Below, one piece after another: positions 41,801 to 56,661 of a DNA stretch of 64,000 bases (its first letter is position 1; each line of letters opens with the position of its first letter). The notes below the pieces were generated by a model. That model ran no database searches and had not been told where the DNA came from. It saw only the letters and a program-made list of their open reading frames with translations. Source of the DNA: Eledone cirrhosa (Eukaryota); contig OZ024756.1 in assembly GCA_964016885.1 (NCBI GenBank), forward strand, positions 3,534,001 through 3,598,000, written 5' to 3'. A program made the translations under genes and the position numbers.

Positions 41801-44800
41801 TGCAGTCAGGACTAAACAGTATGCAAGGAATGCTGTACTACCACTGCAGTGAGGACTAAACAGTATGCAAGGAATGCTGTACTACCACTGCAGTCAGGAC
41901 TAAACAGTATGCAAGGAATGCTGTACTACCACTGCAGTCAGGACTAAACAGTATGCAAGGAATGCTGTACTACCACTGCAGTCAGGACTAAACAGTATGC
42001 AAGGAATGCTGTACTACCACTGCAGTCAGGACTAAACAGTATGCAAGGAATGCTGTACTACCACTGCAGTCAGGACTAAACAGTATGCAAGGAATGCTGT
42101 ACTACCACTGCAGTCAGGACTAAACAGTATGCAAGGAATGCTGTACTACCACTGCAGTCAGGACTAAACAGTATACAAGGAATGCTGTACTACCACTGCA
42201 GTGAGGACTAAACAGTATCCAAGGAATGCTGTACTACCACTGCAGTCAGGACTAAACAGTATCCAGGGAATGCTGTACTACCACTGCAGTCAGGACTAAA
42301 CAGTATGCAAGGAATGCTGTACTACCACTGCAGTCAGGACTAAACAGTATCCAAGGAATGCTGTACTACCACTGCAGTCAGGACTAAACAGTATCCAGGG
42401 AATGCTGTACTACCACTGCAGTCAGGACTAAACAGTATGCAAGGAATGCTGTACTACCACTGCAGTCAGGACTAAACAGTATCCAAGGAATGCTGTACTA
42501 CCACTGCAGTGAGGACTAAACAGTATCCAAGGAATGCTGTACTACCACTGCAGTCAGGACTAAACAGTATCCAGGGAATGCTGTACTACCACTGTAGTCA
42601 GGACTAAACAGTATGCAAGGAATGCTGTACTACCACTGCAGTCAGGACTAAACAGTATGCAAGGAATGCTGTACTACCACTGCAGTCAGGACTAAACAGT
42701 ATCCAGGGAATGCTGTACTACCACTGCAGTCAGGACTAAACAGTATGCAAGGAATGCTGTACTACCACTGCAGTCAGGACTAAACAGTATGCAAGGAATG
42801 CTGTACTACCACTGCAGTCAGGACTAAACAGTATCCAGGGAATGCTGTACTACCACTGCAGTCAGGACTAAACAGTATCCAGGGAATGCTGTACTACCAC
42901 TGTAGTCAGGACTAAACAGTATGCAAGGAATGCTGTACTACCACTGCAGTCAGGACTAAACAGTATCCAAGGAATGCTGTACTACCACTGTAGTCAGGAC
43001 TAAACAGTATCCAAGGAATGCTGTACTACCACTGCAGTCAGGACTAAACAGTATGCAAGGAATGCTGTACTACCACTGCAGTCAGGACTAAACAGTATCC
43101 AGGGAATGCTGTACTACCACTGTAGTCAGGACTAAACAGTATGCAAGGAATGCTGTACTACCACTGCAGTCAGGACTAAACAGTATGCAAGGAATGCTGT
43201 ACTACCACTGCAGTCAGGACTAAACAGTATGCAAGGAATGCTGTACTACCACTGCAGTCAGGACTAAACAGTATCCAGGGAATGCTGTACTACCACTGCA
43301 GTCAGGACTAAACAGTATCCAGGGAATGCTGTACTACCACTGTAGTCAGGACTAAACAGTATCCAAGGAATGCTGTACTACCACTGCAGTCAGGACTAAA
43401 CAGTATGCAAGGAATGCTGTACTACCACTGCAGTCAGGACTAAACAGTATGCAAGGAATGCTGTACTACCACTGCAGTCAGGACTAAACAGTATCCAGGG
43501 AATGCTGTACTACCACTGCAGTCAGGACTAAACAGTATCCAGGGAATGCTGTACTACCACTGTAGTCAGGACTAAACAGTATCCAAGGAATGCTGTACTA
43601 CCACTGTAGTCAGGACTAAACAGTATCCAAGGAATGCTGTACTACCACTGCAGTCAGGACTAAACAGTATGCAAGGAATGCTGTACTACCACTGCAGTCA
43701 GGACTAAACAGTATCCAGGGAATGCTGTACTACCACTGTAGTCAGGACTAAACAGTATGCAAGGAATGCTGTACTACCACTGCAGTCAGGACTAAACAGT
43801 ATGCAAGGAATGCTGTACTACCACTGCAGTCAGGACTAAACAGTATGCAAGGAATGCTGTACTACCACTGCAGTCAGGACTAAACAGTATCCAGGGAATG
43901 CTGTACTACCACTGCAGTCAGGACTAAACAGTATCCAGGGAATGCTGTACTACCACTGTAGTCAGGACTAAACAGTATGCAAGGAATGCTGTACTACCAC
44001 TGCAGTCAGGACTAAACAGTATGCAAGGAATGCTGTACTACCACTGTAGTCAGGACTAAACAGTATCCAAGGAATGCTGTACTACCACTGCAGTCAGGAC
44101 TAAACAGTATGCAAGGAATGCTGTACTACCACTGCAGTCAGGACTAAACAGTATCCAGGGAATGCTGTACTACCACTGTAGTCAGGACTAAACAGTATGC
44201 AAGGAATGCTGTACTACCACTGCAGTCAGGACTAAACAGTATCCAAGGAATGCTGTACTACCACTGCAGTCAGGACTAAACAGTATCCAAGGAATGCTGT
44301 ACTACCACTGCAGTCAGGACTAAACAGTATCCAAGGAATGCTGTACTACCACTGCAGTCAGGACTAAACAGTATGCAAGGAATGCTGTACTACCACTGCA
44401 GTCAGGACTAAACAGTATGCAAGGAATGCTGTACTACCACTGCAGTCAGGACTAAACAGTATCCAGGGAATGCTGTACTACCACTGTAGTCAGGACTAAA
44501 CAGTATGCAAGGAATGCTGTACTACCACTGTAGTCAGGACTAAACAGTATGCAAGGAATGCTGTACTACCACTGCAGTCAGGACTAAACAGTATGCAAGG
44601 AATGCTGTACTACCACTGCAGTCAGGACTAAACAGTATGCAAGGAATGCTGTACTACCACTGCAGTCAGGACTAAACAGTATCCAGGGAATGCTGTACTA
44701 CCACTGTAGTCAGGACTAAACAGTATGCAAGGAATGCTGTACTACCACTGCAGTCAGGACTAAACAGTATGCAAGGAATGCTGTACTACCACTGCAGTCA

Positions 44801-47800
44801 GGACTAAACAGTATGCAAGGAATGCTGTACTACCACTGCAGTCAGGACTAAACAGTATCCAGGGAATGCTGTACTACCACTGTAGTCAGGACTAAACAGT
44901 ATGCAAGGAATGCTGTACTACCACTGTAGTCAGGACTAAACAGTATGCAAGGAATGCTGTACTACCACTGTAGTCAGGACTAAACAGTATCCAAGGAATG
45001 CTGTACTACCACTGCAGTCAGGACTAAACAGTATGCAAGGAATGCTGTACTACCACTGCAGTCAGGACTAAACAGTATGCAAGGAATGCTGTACTACCAC
45101 TGCAGTCAGGACTAAACAGTATCCAAGGAATGCTGTACTACCACTGCAGTCAGGACTAAACAGTATGCAAGGAATGCTGTACTACCACTGCAGTCAGGAC
45201 TAAACAGTATCCAAGGAATGCTGTACTACCACTGCAGTCAGGACTAAACAGTATGCAAGGAATGCTGTACTACCACTGCAGTCAGGACTAAACAGTATGC
45301 AAGGAATGCTGTACTACCACTGCAGTCAGGACTAAACAGTATGCAAGGAATGCTGTACTACCACTGCAGTCAGGACTAAACAGTATGCAAGGAATGCTGT
45401 ACTACCACTGCAGTCAGGACTAAACAGTATCCAAGGAATGCTGTACTACCACTGCAGTCAGGACTAAACAGTATCCAAGGAATGCTGTACTACCACTGCA
45501 GTCAGGACTAAACAGTATCCAAGGAATGCTGTACTACCACTGCAGTCAGGACTAAACAGTATCCAAGGAATGCTGTACTACCACTGCAGTCAGGACTAAA
45601 CAGTATGCAAGGAATGCTGTACTACCACTGCAGTCAGGACTAAACAGTATCCAAGGAATGCTGTACTACCACTGCAGTCAGGACTAAACAGTATCCAAGG
45701 AATGCTGTACTACCACTGCAGTCAGGACTAAACAGTATCCAAGGAATGCTGTACTACCACTGCAGTCAGGACTAAACAGTATCCAAGGAATGCTGTACTA
45801 CCACTGCAGTCAGGACTAAACAGTATCCAAGGAATGCTGTACTACCACTGCAGTCAGGACTAAACAGTATCCAAGGAATGCTGTACTACCACTGCAGTCA
45901 GGACTAAACAGTATCCAAGGAATGCTGTACTACCACTGCAGTCAGGACTAAACAGTATCCAAGGAATGCTGTACTACCACTGCAGTCAGGACTAAACAGT
46001 ATCCAAGGAATGCTGTACTACCACTGTAGTCAGGACTAAACAGTATGCAAGGAATGCTGTACTACCACTGTAGTCAGGACTAAACAGTATCCAAGGAATG
46101 CTGTACTACCACTGCAGTCAGGACTAAACAGTATGCAAGGAATGCTGTACTACCACTGCAGTCAGGACTAAACAGTATCCAAGGAATGCTGTACTACCAC
46201 TGCAGTCAGGACTAAACAGTATGCAAGGAATGCTGTACTACCACTGTAGTCAGGACTAAACAGTATCCAAGGAATGCTGTACTACCACTGCAGTCAGGAC
46301 TAAACAGTATGCAAGGAATGCTGTACTACCACTGCAGTCAGGACTAAACAGTATGCAAGGAATGCTGTACTACCACTGCAGTCAGGACTAAACAGTATCC
46401 AAGGAATGCTGTACTACCACTGCAGTCAGGACTAAACAGTATCCAAGGAATGCTGTACTACCACTGCAGTCAGGACTAAACAGTATCCAAGGAATGCTGT
46501 ACTACCACTGCAGTCAGGACTAAACAGTATCCAAGGAATGCTGTACTACCACTGCAGTCAGGACTAAACAGTATGCAAGGAATGCTGTACTACCACTGCA
46601 GTCAGGACTAAACAGTATCCAGGGAATGCTGTACTACCACTGCAGTCAGGACTAAACAGTATCCAAGGAATGCTGTACTACCACTGCAGTCAGGACTAAA
46701 CAGTATGCAAGGAATGCTGTACTACCACTGCAGTCAGGACTAAACAGTATGCAAGGAATGCTGTACTACCACTGCAGTCAGGACTAAACAGTATCCAAGG
46801 AATGCTGTACTACCACTGCAGTCAGGACTAAACAGTATCCAAGGAATGCTGTACTACCACTGCAGTCAGGACTAAACAGTATCCAAGGAATGCTGTACTA
46901 CCACTGCAGTCAGGACTAAACAGTATGCAAGGAATGCTGTACTACCACTGCAGTCAGGACTAAACAGTATCCAAGGAATGCTGTACTACCACTGCAGTCA
47001 GGACTAAACAGTATCCAAGGAATGCTGTACTACCACTGCAGTCAGGACTAAACAGTATGCAAGGAATGCTGTACTACCACTGCAGTCAGGACTAAACAGT
47101 ATCCAGGGAATGCTGTACTACCACTGCAGTCAGGACTAAACAGTATCCAAGGAATGCTGTACTACCACTGCAGTCAGGACTAAACAGTATGCAAGGAATG
47201 CTGTACTACCACTGCAGTCAGGACTAAACAGTATGCAAGGAATGCTGTACTACCACTGCAGTCAGGACTAAACAGTATCCAAGGAATGCTGTACTACCAC
47301 TGCAGTCAGGACTAAACAGTATGCAAGGAATGCTGTACTACCACTGCAGTCAGGACTAAACAGTATCCAAGGAATGCTGTACTACCACTGCAGTCAGGAC
47401 TAAACAGTATCCAAGGAATGCTGTACTACCACTGCAGTCAGGACTAAACAGTATGCAAGGAATGCTGTACTACCACTGCAGTCAGGACTAAACAGTATCC
47501 AAGGAATGCTGTACTACCACTGCAGTCAGGACTAAACAGTATCCAAGGAATGCTGTACTACCACTGCAGTCAGGACTAAACAGTATGCAAGGAATGCTGT
47601 ACTACCACTGCAGTCAGGACTAAACAGTATCCAGGGAATGCTGTACTACCACTGCAGTCAGGACTAAACAGTATCCAAGGAATGCTGTACTACCACTGCA
47701 GTCAGGACTAAACAGTATGCAAGGAATGCTGTACTACCACTGCAGTCAGGACTAAACAGTATGCAAGGAATGCTGTACTACCACTGCAGTCAGGACTAAA

Positions 47801-50800
47801 CAGTATCCAAGGAATGCTGTACTACCACTGCAGTCAGGACTAAACAGTATCCAAGGAATGCTGTACTACCACTGCAGTCAGGACTAAACAGTATCCAAGG
47901 AATGCTGTACTACCACTGCAGTCAGGACTAAACAGTATGCAAGGAATGCTGTACTACCACTGCAGTCAGGACTAAACAGTATCCAAGGGAATGCTGTACT
48001 ACCACTGCAGTCAGGACTAAACAGTATCCAAGGAATGCTGTACTACCACTGCAGTCAGGACTAAACAGTATGCAAGGAATGCTGTACTACCACTGCAGTC
48101 AGGACTAAACAGTATGCAAGGAATGCTGTACTACCACTGCAGTCAGGACTAAACAGTATCCAAGGAATGCTGTACTACCACTGCAGTCAGGACTAAACAG
48201 TATCCAAGGAATGCTGTACTACCACTGCAGTCAGGACTAAACAGTATCCAAGGAATGCTGTACTACCACTGCAGTCAGGACTAAACAGTATCCAAGGAAT
48301 GCTGTACTACCACTGCAGTCAGGACTAAACAGTATCCAAGGAATGCTGTACTACCACTGCAGTCAGGACTAAACAGTATGCAAGGAATGCTGTACTACCA
48401 CTGCAGTCAGGACTAAACAGTATGCAAGGAATGCTGTACTACCACTGCAGTCAGGACTAAACAGTATCCAAGGAATGCTGTACTACCACTGCAGTCAGGA
48501 CTAAACAGTATCCAAGGAATGCTGTACTACCACTGCAGTCAGGACTAAACAGTATCCAAGGAATGCTGTACTACCACTGCAGTCAGGACTAAACAGTATC
48601 CAAGGAATGCTGTACTACCACTGCAGTCAGGACTAAACAGTATCCAAGGAATGCTGTACTACCACTGCAGTCAGGACTAAACAGTATCCAAGGAATGCTG
48701 TACTACCACTGCAGTCAGGACTAAACAGTATGCAAGGAATGCTGTACTACCACTGCAGTCAGGACTAAACAGTATCCAAGGAATGCTGTACTACCACTGC
48801 AGTCAGGACTAAACAGTATCCAAGGAATGCTGTACTACCACTGCAGTCAGGACTAAACAGTATCCAAGGAATGCTGTACTACCACTGCAGTCAGGACTAA
48901 ACAGTATGCAAGGAATGCTGTACTACCACTGCAGTCAGGACTAAACAGTATGCAAGGAATGCTGTACTACCACTGCAGTCAGGACTAAACAGTATGCAAG
49001 GAATGCTGTACTACCACTGCAGTCAGGACTAAACAGTATCCAAGGAATGCTGTACTACCACTGCAGTCAGGACTAAACAGTATGCAAGGAATGCTGTACT
49101 ACCACTGCAGTCAGGACTAAACAGTATCCAAGGAATGCTGTACTACCACTGCAGTCAGGACTAAACAGTATGCAAGGAATGCTGTACTACCAGAGTCAGG
49201 ACTAAACAGTATCAAGGATGTAACTGAGTCAGGACTAAACAGTATGCAAGGAATGCTGTACTACCACTGCAGTCAGGACTAAACAGTATGCAAGGAATGC
49301 TGTACTACCACTGCAGTCAGGACTAAACAGTATCCAAGGAATGCTGTACTACCACTGCAGTCAGGACTAAACAGTATGCAAGGAATGCTGTACTACCACT
49401 GCAGTCAGGACTAAACAGTATGCAAGGAATGCTGTACTACCACTGCAGTCAGGACTAAACAGTATGCAAGGAATGCTGTACTACCACTGTAGTCAGGACT
49501 AAACAGTATCCAAGGAATGCTGTACTACCACTGCAGTCAGGACTAAACAGTATCCAAGGAATGCTGTACTACCACTGTAGTCAGGACTAAACAGTATGCA
49601 AGGAATGCTGTACTACCACTGTAGTCAGGACTAAACAGTATGCAAGGAATGCTGTACTACCACTGCAGTCAGGACTAAACAGTATCCAAGGAATGCTGTA
49701 CTACCACTGCAGTCAGGACTAAACAGTATCCAAGGAATGCTGTACTACCACTGCAGTCAGGACTAAACAGTATGCAAGGAATGCTGTACTACCACTGCAG
49801 TCAGGACTAAACAGTATGCCAAGGAATGCTGTACTACCACTGCAGTCAGGACTAAACAGTATGCAAGGAATGCTGTACTACCACTGCAGTCAGGACTAAA
49901 CAGTATGCAAGGAATGCTGTACTACCACTGTAGTCAGGACTAAACAGTATGCAAGGAATGCTGTACTACCACTGTAGTCAGGACTAAACAGTATGCAAGG
50001 AATGCTGTACTACCACTGCAGTCAGGACTAAACAGTATCCAAGGAATGCTGTACTACCACTGTAGTCAGGACTAAACAGTATGCAAGGAATGCTGTACTA
50101 CCACTGCAGTCAGGACTAAACAGTATCCAAGGAATGCTGTACTACCACTGCAGTCAGGACTAAACAGTATGCAAGGAATGCTGTACTACCACTGCAGTCA
50201 GGACTAAACAGTATCAAGGAATGCTGTACTACCACTGCAGTCAGGACTAAACAGTATGCAAGGAATGCTGTACTACCACTGCAGTCAGGACTAAACAGTA
50301 TGCAAGGAATGCTGTACTACCACTGCAGTCAGGACTAAACAGTATCCAAGGAATGCTGTACTACCACTGTAGTCAGGACTAAACAGTATGCAAGGAATGC
50401 TGTACTACCACTGCAGTCAGGACTAAACAGTATCCAAGGAATGCTGTACTACCACTGCAGTCAGGACTAAACAGTATCCAAGGAATGCTGTACTACCACT
50501 GTAGTCAGGACTAAACAGTATCCAAGGAATGCTGTACTACCACTGCAGTCAGGACTAAACAGTATCCAAGGAATGCTGTACTACCACTGTAGTCAGGACT
50601 AAACAGTATCCAAGGAATGCTGTACTACCACTGTAGTCAGGACTAAACAGTATCCAAGGAATGCTGTACTACCACTGCAGTCAGGACTAAACAGTATCCA
50701 AGGAATGCTGTACTACCACTGCAGTCAGGACTAAACAGTATGCAAGGAATGCTGTACTACCACTGCAGTCAGGACTAAACAGTATCCAAGGAATGCTGTA

Positions 50801-51425
50801 CTACCACTGCAGTCAGGACTAAACAGTATCCAAGGAATGCTGTACTACCACTGCAGTCAGGACTAAACAGTATGCAAGGAATGCTGTACTACCACTGCAG
50901 TCAGGACTAAACAGTATCCAAGGAATGCTGTACTACCACTGTAGTCAGGACTAAACAGTATCCAAGGAATGCTGTACTACCACTGCAGTCAGGACTAAAC
51001 AGTATCCAAGGAATGCTGTACTACCACTGCAGTCAGGACTAAACAGTATGCAAGGAATGCTGTACTACCACTGTAGTCAGGACTAAACAGTATCCAAGGA
51101 ATGCTGTACTACCACTGTAGTCAGGACTAAACAGTATCCAAGGAATGCTGTACTACCACTGTAGTCAGGACTAAACAGTATCCAAGGAATGCTGTACTAC
51201 CACTGCAGTCAGGACTAAACAGTATGCAAGGAATGCTGTACTACCACTGCAGTCAGGACTAAACAGTATCCAGGAATGCTGTACTACCACTGTAGTCAGG
51301 ACTAAACAGTATCCAAGGAATGCTGTACTACCACTGCAGTCAGGACTAAACAGTATCCAAGGAATGCTGTACTACCACTGCAGTCAGGACTAAACAGTAT
51401 CCAAGGAATGCTGTACTACCACTGC
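38879..51425. repeat. 44-bp tandem satellite, about 285 copies, cut by the assembly gap
   Basis: Unit GGAATGCTGTACTACCACTGCAGTCAGGACTAAACAGTAT(C/G)CAA. Confidence 0.98.
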
Positions 51426-51625
51426 NNNNNNNNNNNNNNNNNNNNNNNNNNNNNNNNNNNNNNNNNNNNNNNNNNNNNNNNNNNNNNNNNNNNNNNNNNN
51501 NNNNNNNNNNNNNNNNNNNNNNNNNNNNNNNNNNNNNNNNNNNNNNNNNNNNNNNNNNNNNNNNNNNNNNNNNNNNNNNNNNNNNNNNNNNNNNNNNNNN
51601 NNNNNNNNNNNNNNNNNNNNNNNNN
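51426..51625. other. Assembly gap (200 N)
   Basis: Run of exactly 200 N. Confidence 1.
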
Positions 51626-51796
51626 TACCTGTCTCTCTTTCTCCACCCAACTCTTTTTATCCCAATAACTTAATTTAGTTATTGTATTGCCCTACCCGGA
51701 CGTATCTGGTCTGTAATGCGAAGGACTACCTATGACGGCTGGTAGACCACTGATGATGGATAGTCCTGGCTTCTATTTCTAATTCTTTATTATATA

Positions 51797-51975
51797 TTGG
51801 CAGTATCGGTAGAGGGTTGGATTATGCTTTCCAGCATAGTTACGTCCCTTTACGATCTGAGTTCAAATCCCACCGAGGTTGACTTTGCCTTTCATCCTTA
51901 CGGGGGTCGATACAATAAAGTACCAGTAATGTACTGGGTAATTTGCTGGCCTTGTGCCAATAGTAGAAACAATTA
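51797..51975 (+). mobile_element. tRNA-SINE T2
   Basis: Matches the T2 consensus. Confidence 0.88.
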
Positions 51976-52819
51976 TATATATCATATATGCATCAACACA
52001 GCTCGCCATTTTTCATTCATATATATATGCACACACACACACACGTATACATAAGTGTGTGTGTCTCTATGTATGTACATCCCCCCCCCCCCCCACACTC
52101 CCCCACTCCCCACTCACCCACTCCACCACTCCCCCACTCCCCCCTCACCCCCCACTCCCCACTCCCCCACTCCACCACTCCACCACTCCACCATAATGTG
52201 ATAATATGAAGTTGTGGCATTGGAAAGGGTCTTCTCTCGTTGAGATTAAGTGAGCGCATAATTTTAGTTTATATATTATATGTACTGTAGCATACTGTCT
52301 CTGTGTGTGTTCGTGTGTGTATGTGTGTATGAGCGTTTGTGTCTATATGTGTGTGAGCGTGTGTGTATGTGTATGAGCGTGTGTGTACATATGTGTGTGA
52401 GCGTGTGTGTATGTGTATGAGCGTCTGTCTACATATATGTGTATGAGCGTATCTGTACATATGTGTATGTGCGTGTGTGTATATGTATGAGCGTGTGTGT
52501 ACATATGTGTGTGAACGTGTGTGTGTGCGTGTATGTATGAGCGTGTGTGTACATATGAGTATGGGCGTGTGTGTATATGTATGAGCGTGTGTACATATGT
52601 GTATGAGCATGTGTGTTATTGTGCACGAGCGTTTCTGTGTATGTGTGTGTATTTGTGTGTGAGTCTGTATGTGTGTGACCATGTGTGTATATGTGTATGA
52701 GCGTGAGTGTATATGTGTATGAGCGTGTGTATGTATGTGTGTGCATGCGTGTATATGTGTGTGTGTATATATGTGTATCAGTGTGTGTGTTTAGTATAAA
52801 TGGTGTATCTACGTGTGAA

Positions 52820-53040
52820 GACACTTGGCTTAGTTGTTAGTGTATTCGGCTCAGGATCGTAAGGTCGTGAGATTAATTCCCAGCGGTGCGTTGTGTCCTT
52901 GGGCAAGACACTTTATTTTACGTTGTTATAGTTCACTTGCTGGAAAAAAATATTAGTTGTAATTGTAATTCTAAAGGCTAGTCTGGTCACATTGTATGTC
53001 ACGTAGACTCTCCCTGAGGACTACGTTAAGGGTACATACG
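52820..53040 (+). mobile_element. Degenerate tRNA-SINE (T1-related)
   Basis: TGGCTTAGTTGTTAG...GTGTCCTTGGGCAAGACACTTTATTT. Confidence 0.7.
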
Positions 53041-53261
53041 ATCCCCATAATAATTCTGCCATTTTCCGTACTGAAAAGGACAAAGGAAATGATAATATTT
53101 CTCATTTTAACATGCACAGAAGCCCAAAGGTTGTAACATGAGAAATTTGGCTGCTATTTCAAGCGGATCAGTGACAATGGAAAAGATATTTCGGTAGCAC
53201 GTTTTACATAGATATGTTTGTGAAGGAGAATGTTTGTGTTTCGATGTTCATGCCTCATGTA

Positions 53262-53568
53262 TGTATATATATGGTGGCTGCCAACTCGTTTTCGAGTACG
53301 GTCCCTACTTTATATCCATGTAGGAGAACCCCTACCGATGCGCTGAACGAGTGTGACTTTTTAGTCCAGCCAGCGACTTGAAAACTCTGGTACAAACACT
53401 ACACTTGTGACAATTATTGACACATAGTGCTGGGCCCATGGTACCATGTGACGACAAGTGCAGAGAGATCTCCAGATATAAAGCAATGCTTGTGTCGTGA
53501 AGCTTTTATAGTGAGAAAAGGCACTGCACAAAGCCAGTTCCACTCTCTTAACCAAGATGATATTTACC
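53262..53568 (-). mobile_element. RTE-derived element, copy 3
   Basis: Near-identical to 7268-7567. Confidence 0.8.
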
Positions 53569-53644
53569 ATATATATACACCTGTGTGTGTGTGTGTGTAT
53601 CTACAATATTACCATAAATATACTTTATATATATATATATATAT

Positions 53645-53998
53645 TTGTAGTAAGGTTGCTTGGATGCGTCCATAGGCGGTTAGCCGGTTGAGCACTCTAT
53701 GCTCCTTCGGAGCAGAGTATAATAATATGGAAAAGGAAGAATCAGTGATGCATCGAAACAATTTATTAACGTATTACAATTATTTCTCCGGCAAACAGCT
53801 CGAGGTACGATCTATTTGTGGATCGAACCTGACTCTGGATTCGTAAGTTCCTCAGATACGTCTAGCAACTTCGAAGCAAACCCTCTGTCAGGACTTGCTT
53901 CGAACATCGCACCTCGAGCTGTTCACGGGAGAAACAACTGTAATACGTTAATAAATTGTGTTTCGATTTCGATGCATCACTGATTCGAAGTTTTACAT
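53645..53998. mobile_element. Fold-back element family D
   Basis: Arms about 53725-53810 and 53906-53998; homologous to 36775-37028. Confidence 0.8.
53769..53861 (-). ncRNA. Hammerhead ribozyme with long stem II
   Basis: Minus strand ACGTAT-CTGAGGA-...-GAAA-TAATTG-TA-ATACGT. Confidence 0.7.
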
Positions 53999-54009
53999 AT
54001 ATATATATA

Positions 54010-54356
54010 TATAAAGAAAAAAAAGATGAAATCGAAAATGCAACTGGAGTCTTGTTTTAAAAAAAAGATATTTATTTATTTGGTTCCTTTACGGGTTTCG
54101 CAGTTCTTCTGCTTTTCAAAAGTAGAGTTGAGATGGAGGGTCTGTGGTTTTTCTCACATCAGATGTGAGACCCTCCATCTCAACTCTACTTTTGAAAAGC
54201 AGAAGAACTGCGAAACCGGTAAAGGAACCAAATAAATAAATATATTTTTTTAAAAACAAGACTCCAGTTGCATTTTCGATTTCATCTTTTTTTTCTTTAT
54301 ACTTTCACTCGTATAGGACACCTCGGTTATTTTTCATTTTGTAAAAAAAACCTCAC

Positions 54357-54362
<6 letters not shown>
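54010..54362 (+). mobile_element. Fold-back element (arms about 54010-54142 and 54167-54301) with hammerhead 3' half
   Basis: About 133-bp inverted arms containing GAAACCGGTA; (TA)n flanks. Confidence 0.8.
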
Positions 54363-55099
<737 letters not shown>

Positions 55100-56124
55100 G
55101 AAAAAGTATGACCCCGACGGCAGAGCTCAAGCCGTTTCGACGGCTATTGCTGGACTCTATATATATATAGTAATCTAGTAATGTATGGTAATATATATAT
55201 ATTTCTATATTCAAATATATACACAATGTATGTTTTTGTTGTTGCTTTTAACTTCCTTCTCCAAACCTTCTCACTCTACTCCTACGTATCTATTCTCTCC
55301 TCATCCGAACTTTCCAGATGTAGGACTTCCGTCCGTAACGCCAAAACCTTCTCCACTTCCACCAAGGGTGAACCTAATATAACTGTGTAAAATTTACTCC
55401 TGTATTTTGTTTCTTTCATTTATTAACTATAACTATATATATAAATATATATATAGTTATAGTTAATAAATATAACTATATATATACTCTATATAACTAT
55501 AACTATATATATAAATATATATATAGTTATAGTAAATAAATGAAAGACTCGGGGACTCAGATTCTCAACGGGACAACGGCACATACAGAGTTCGATACGA
55601 GCTGACTTCTTGCTCTACACATGGATGTGTATATACCAAAACATACACTATTTAGACGATACCGATGTTACAATTCAATCGATACACGTATAGCAGAACG
55701 TTGAACGGAATTTACTTGCGTGTGTACAGGGTTGTGGTTGGCCCAATTTTTCTAATTTACATCTTTAAAATTGAGATTTGACCAATTTAATATTTGTTGT
55801 TTTGTAACCTAACTTTCGGTGCATACTGTGTTGGCGTATATAGTTTTTCTCTGACCTCGCGTCGGTGTGTGTGTGAGTGTGTGTGTACTCACTCACACTA
55901 ACTGTGACCGACCGAAATTCTACAGATTGGATGTTGAGATTAGACCTGTCCATCGTCTTTTACTGAGAGATAGAGACTTGATAGATTTATGACCCTGACT
56001 CAAGACGATAGCAGTTGGCGTGTTTTGGCTGCTGAATCTTCGTATGGAGAACAGAACTCCAGTGAGTAAACATCCTTAGTTTGTTCCTCCCTCATATCAA
56101 AGATTTGAAGACATTTTTCATTAT

Positions 56125-56198
56125 TCACCTGATGAGATCAGTGATAATCGATCATGACCACACGCTCGATCTATCTCTTATTGAAACATGTGTCGTGA
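56125..56198 (+). ncRNA. Hammerhead ribozyme
   Basis: TCAC-CTGATGA-[GATCAGTGATAATCGA...TCGATCTATCTCTTATT]-GAAA-CATGTG-TC-GTGA with a GUC site. Confidence 0.75.
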
Positions 56199-56232
56199 TT
56201 AAAATGATTGGAAATTTATACCATGCCTTCGG

Positions 56233-56307
<75 letters not shown>

Positions 56308-56467
56308 CCCGGATTTGATCGGGGGTAATCATAGTAAGATGTTCAATACATAGCAGAGTATAGAAATGGCTTCTACAGGACTAGAACTGTTTCATTCAGG
56401 AAAGTCTTGATGATTCCCTTCGAATGAAACAGTTCTAGTCCTGTAGAAGCCATTTCTATATTAAACA

Positions 56468-56519
<52 letters not shown>

Positions 56520-56646
56520 TTATCCCGGATTCAATCGGAGGTAACCACATTAAAGTACTCAATACAAAGCAGAGAGTATAAATATTTAATACAGAAAGGC
56601 TTCTACATGACTAGAACTGTGTCATTTGGGAGAAATCATCAGGAAG
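56308..56646. mobile_element. Two family C elements (fold-back 56359-56460; second copy 56515-56646)
   Basis: Inverted arms ATAGAAATGGCTTCTACAGGACTAGAACTGTTTCATTC; hammerhead-like YTGATGA...GAAAC core. Confidence 0.7.
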
Positions 56647-56661
56647 TATATATATATATAT

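Noticed and set aside
38879-51425. 44-bp array as a CRISPR array
   Set aside because: Units are contiguous with no unique spacers, no cas genes are present, and the context is eukaryotic.
51390-51668. ORFs spanning the N run
   Set aside because: Artefacts of the assembly gap.
55412-55547. AT-rich nested palindromes
   Set aside because: Largely explained by self-complementary TA runs and local duplication; no hammerhead or tail motif seen.
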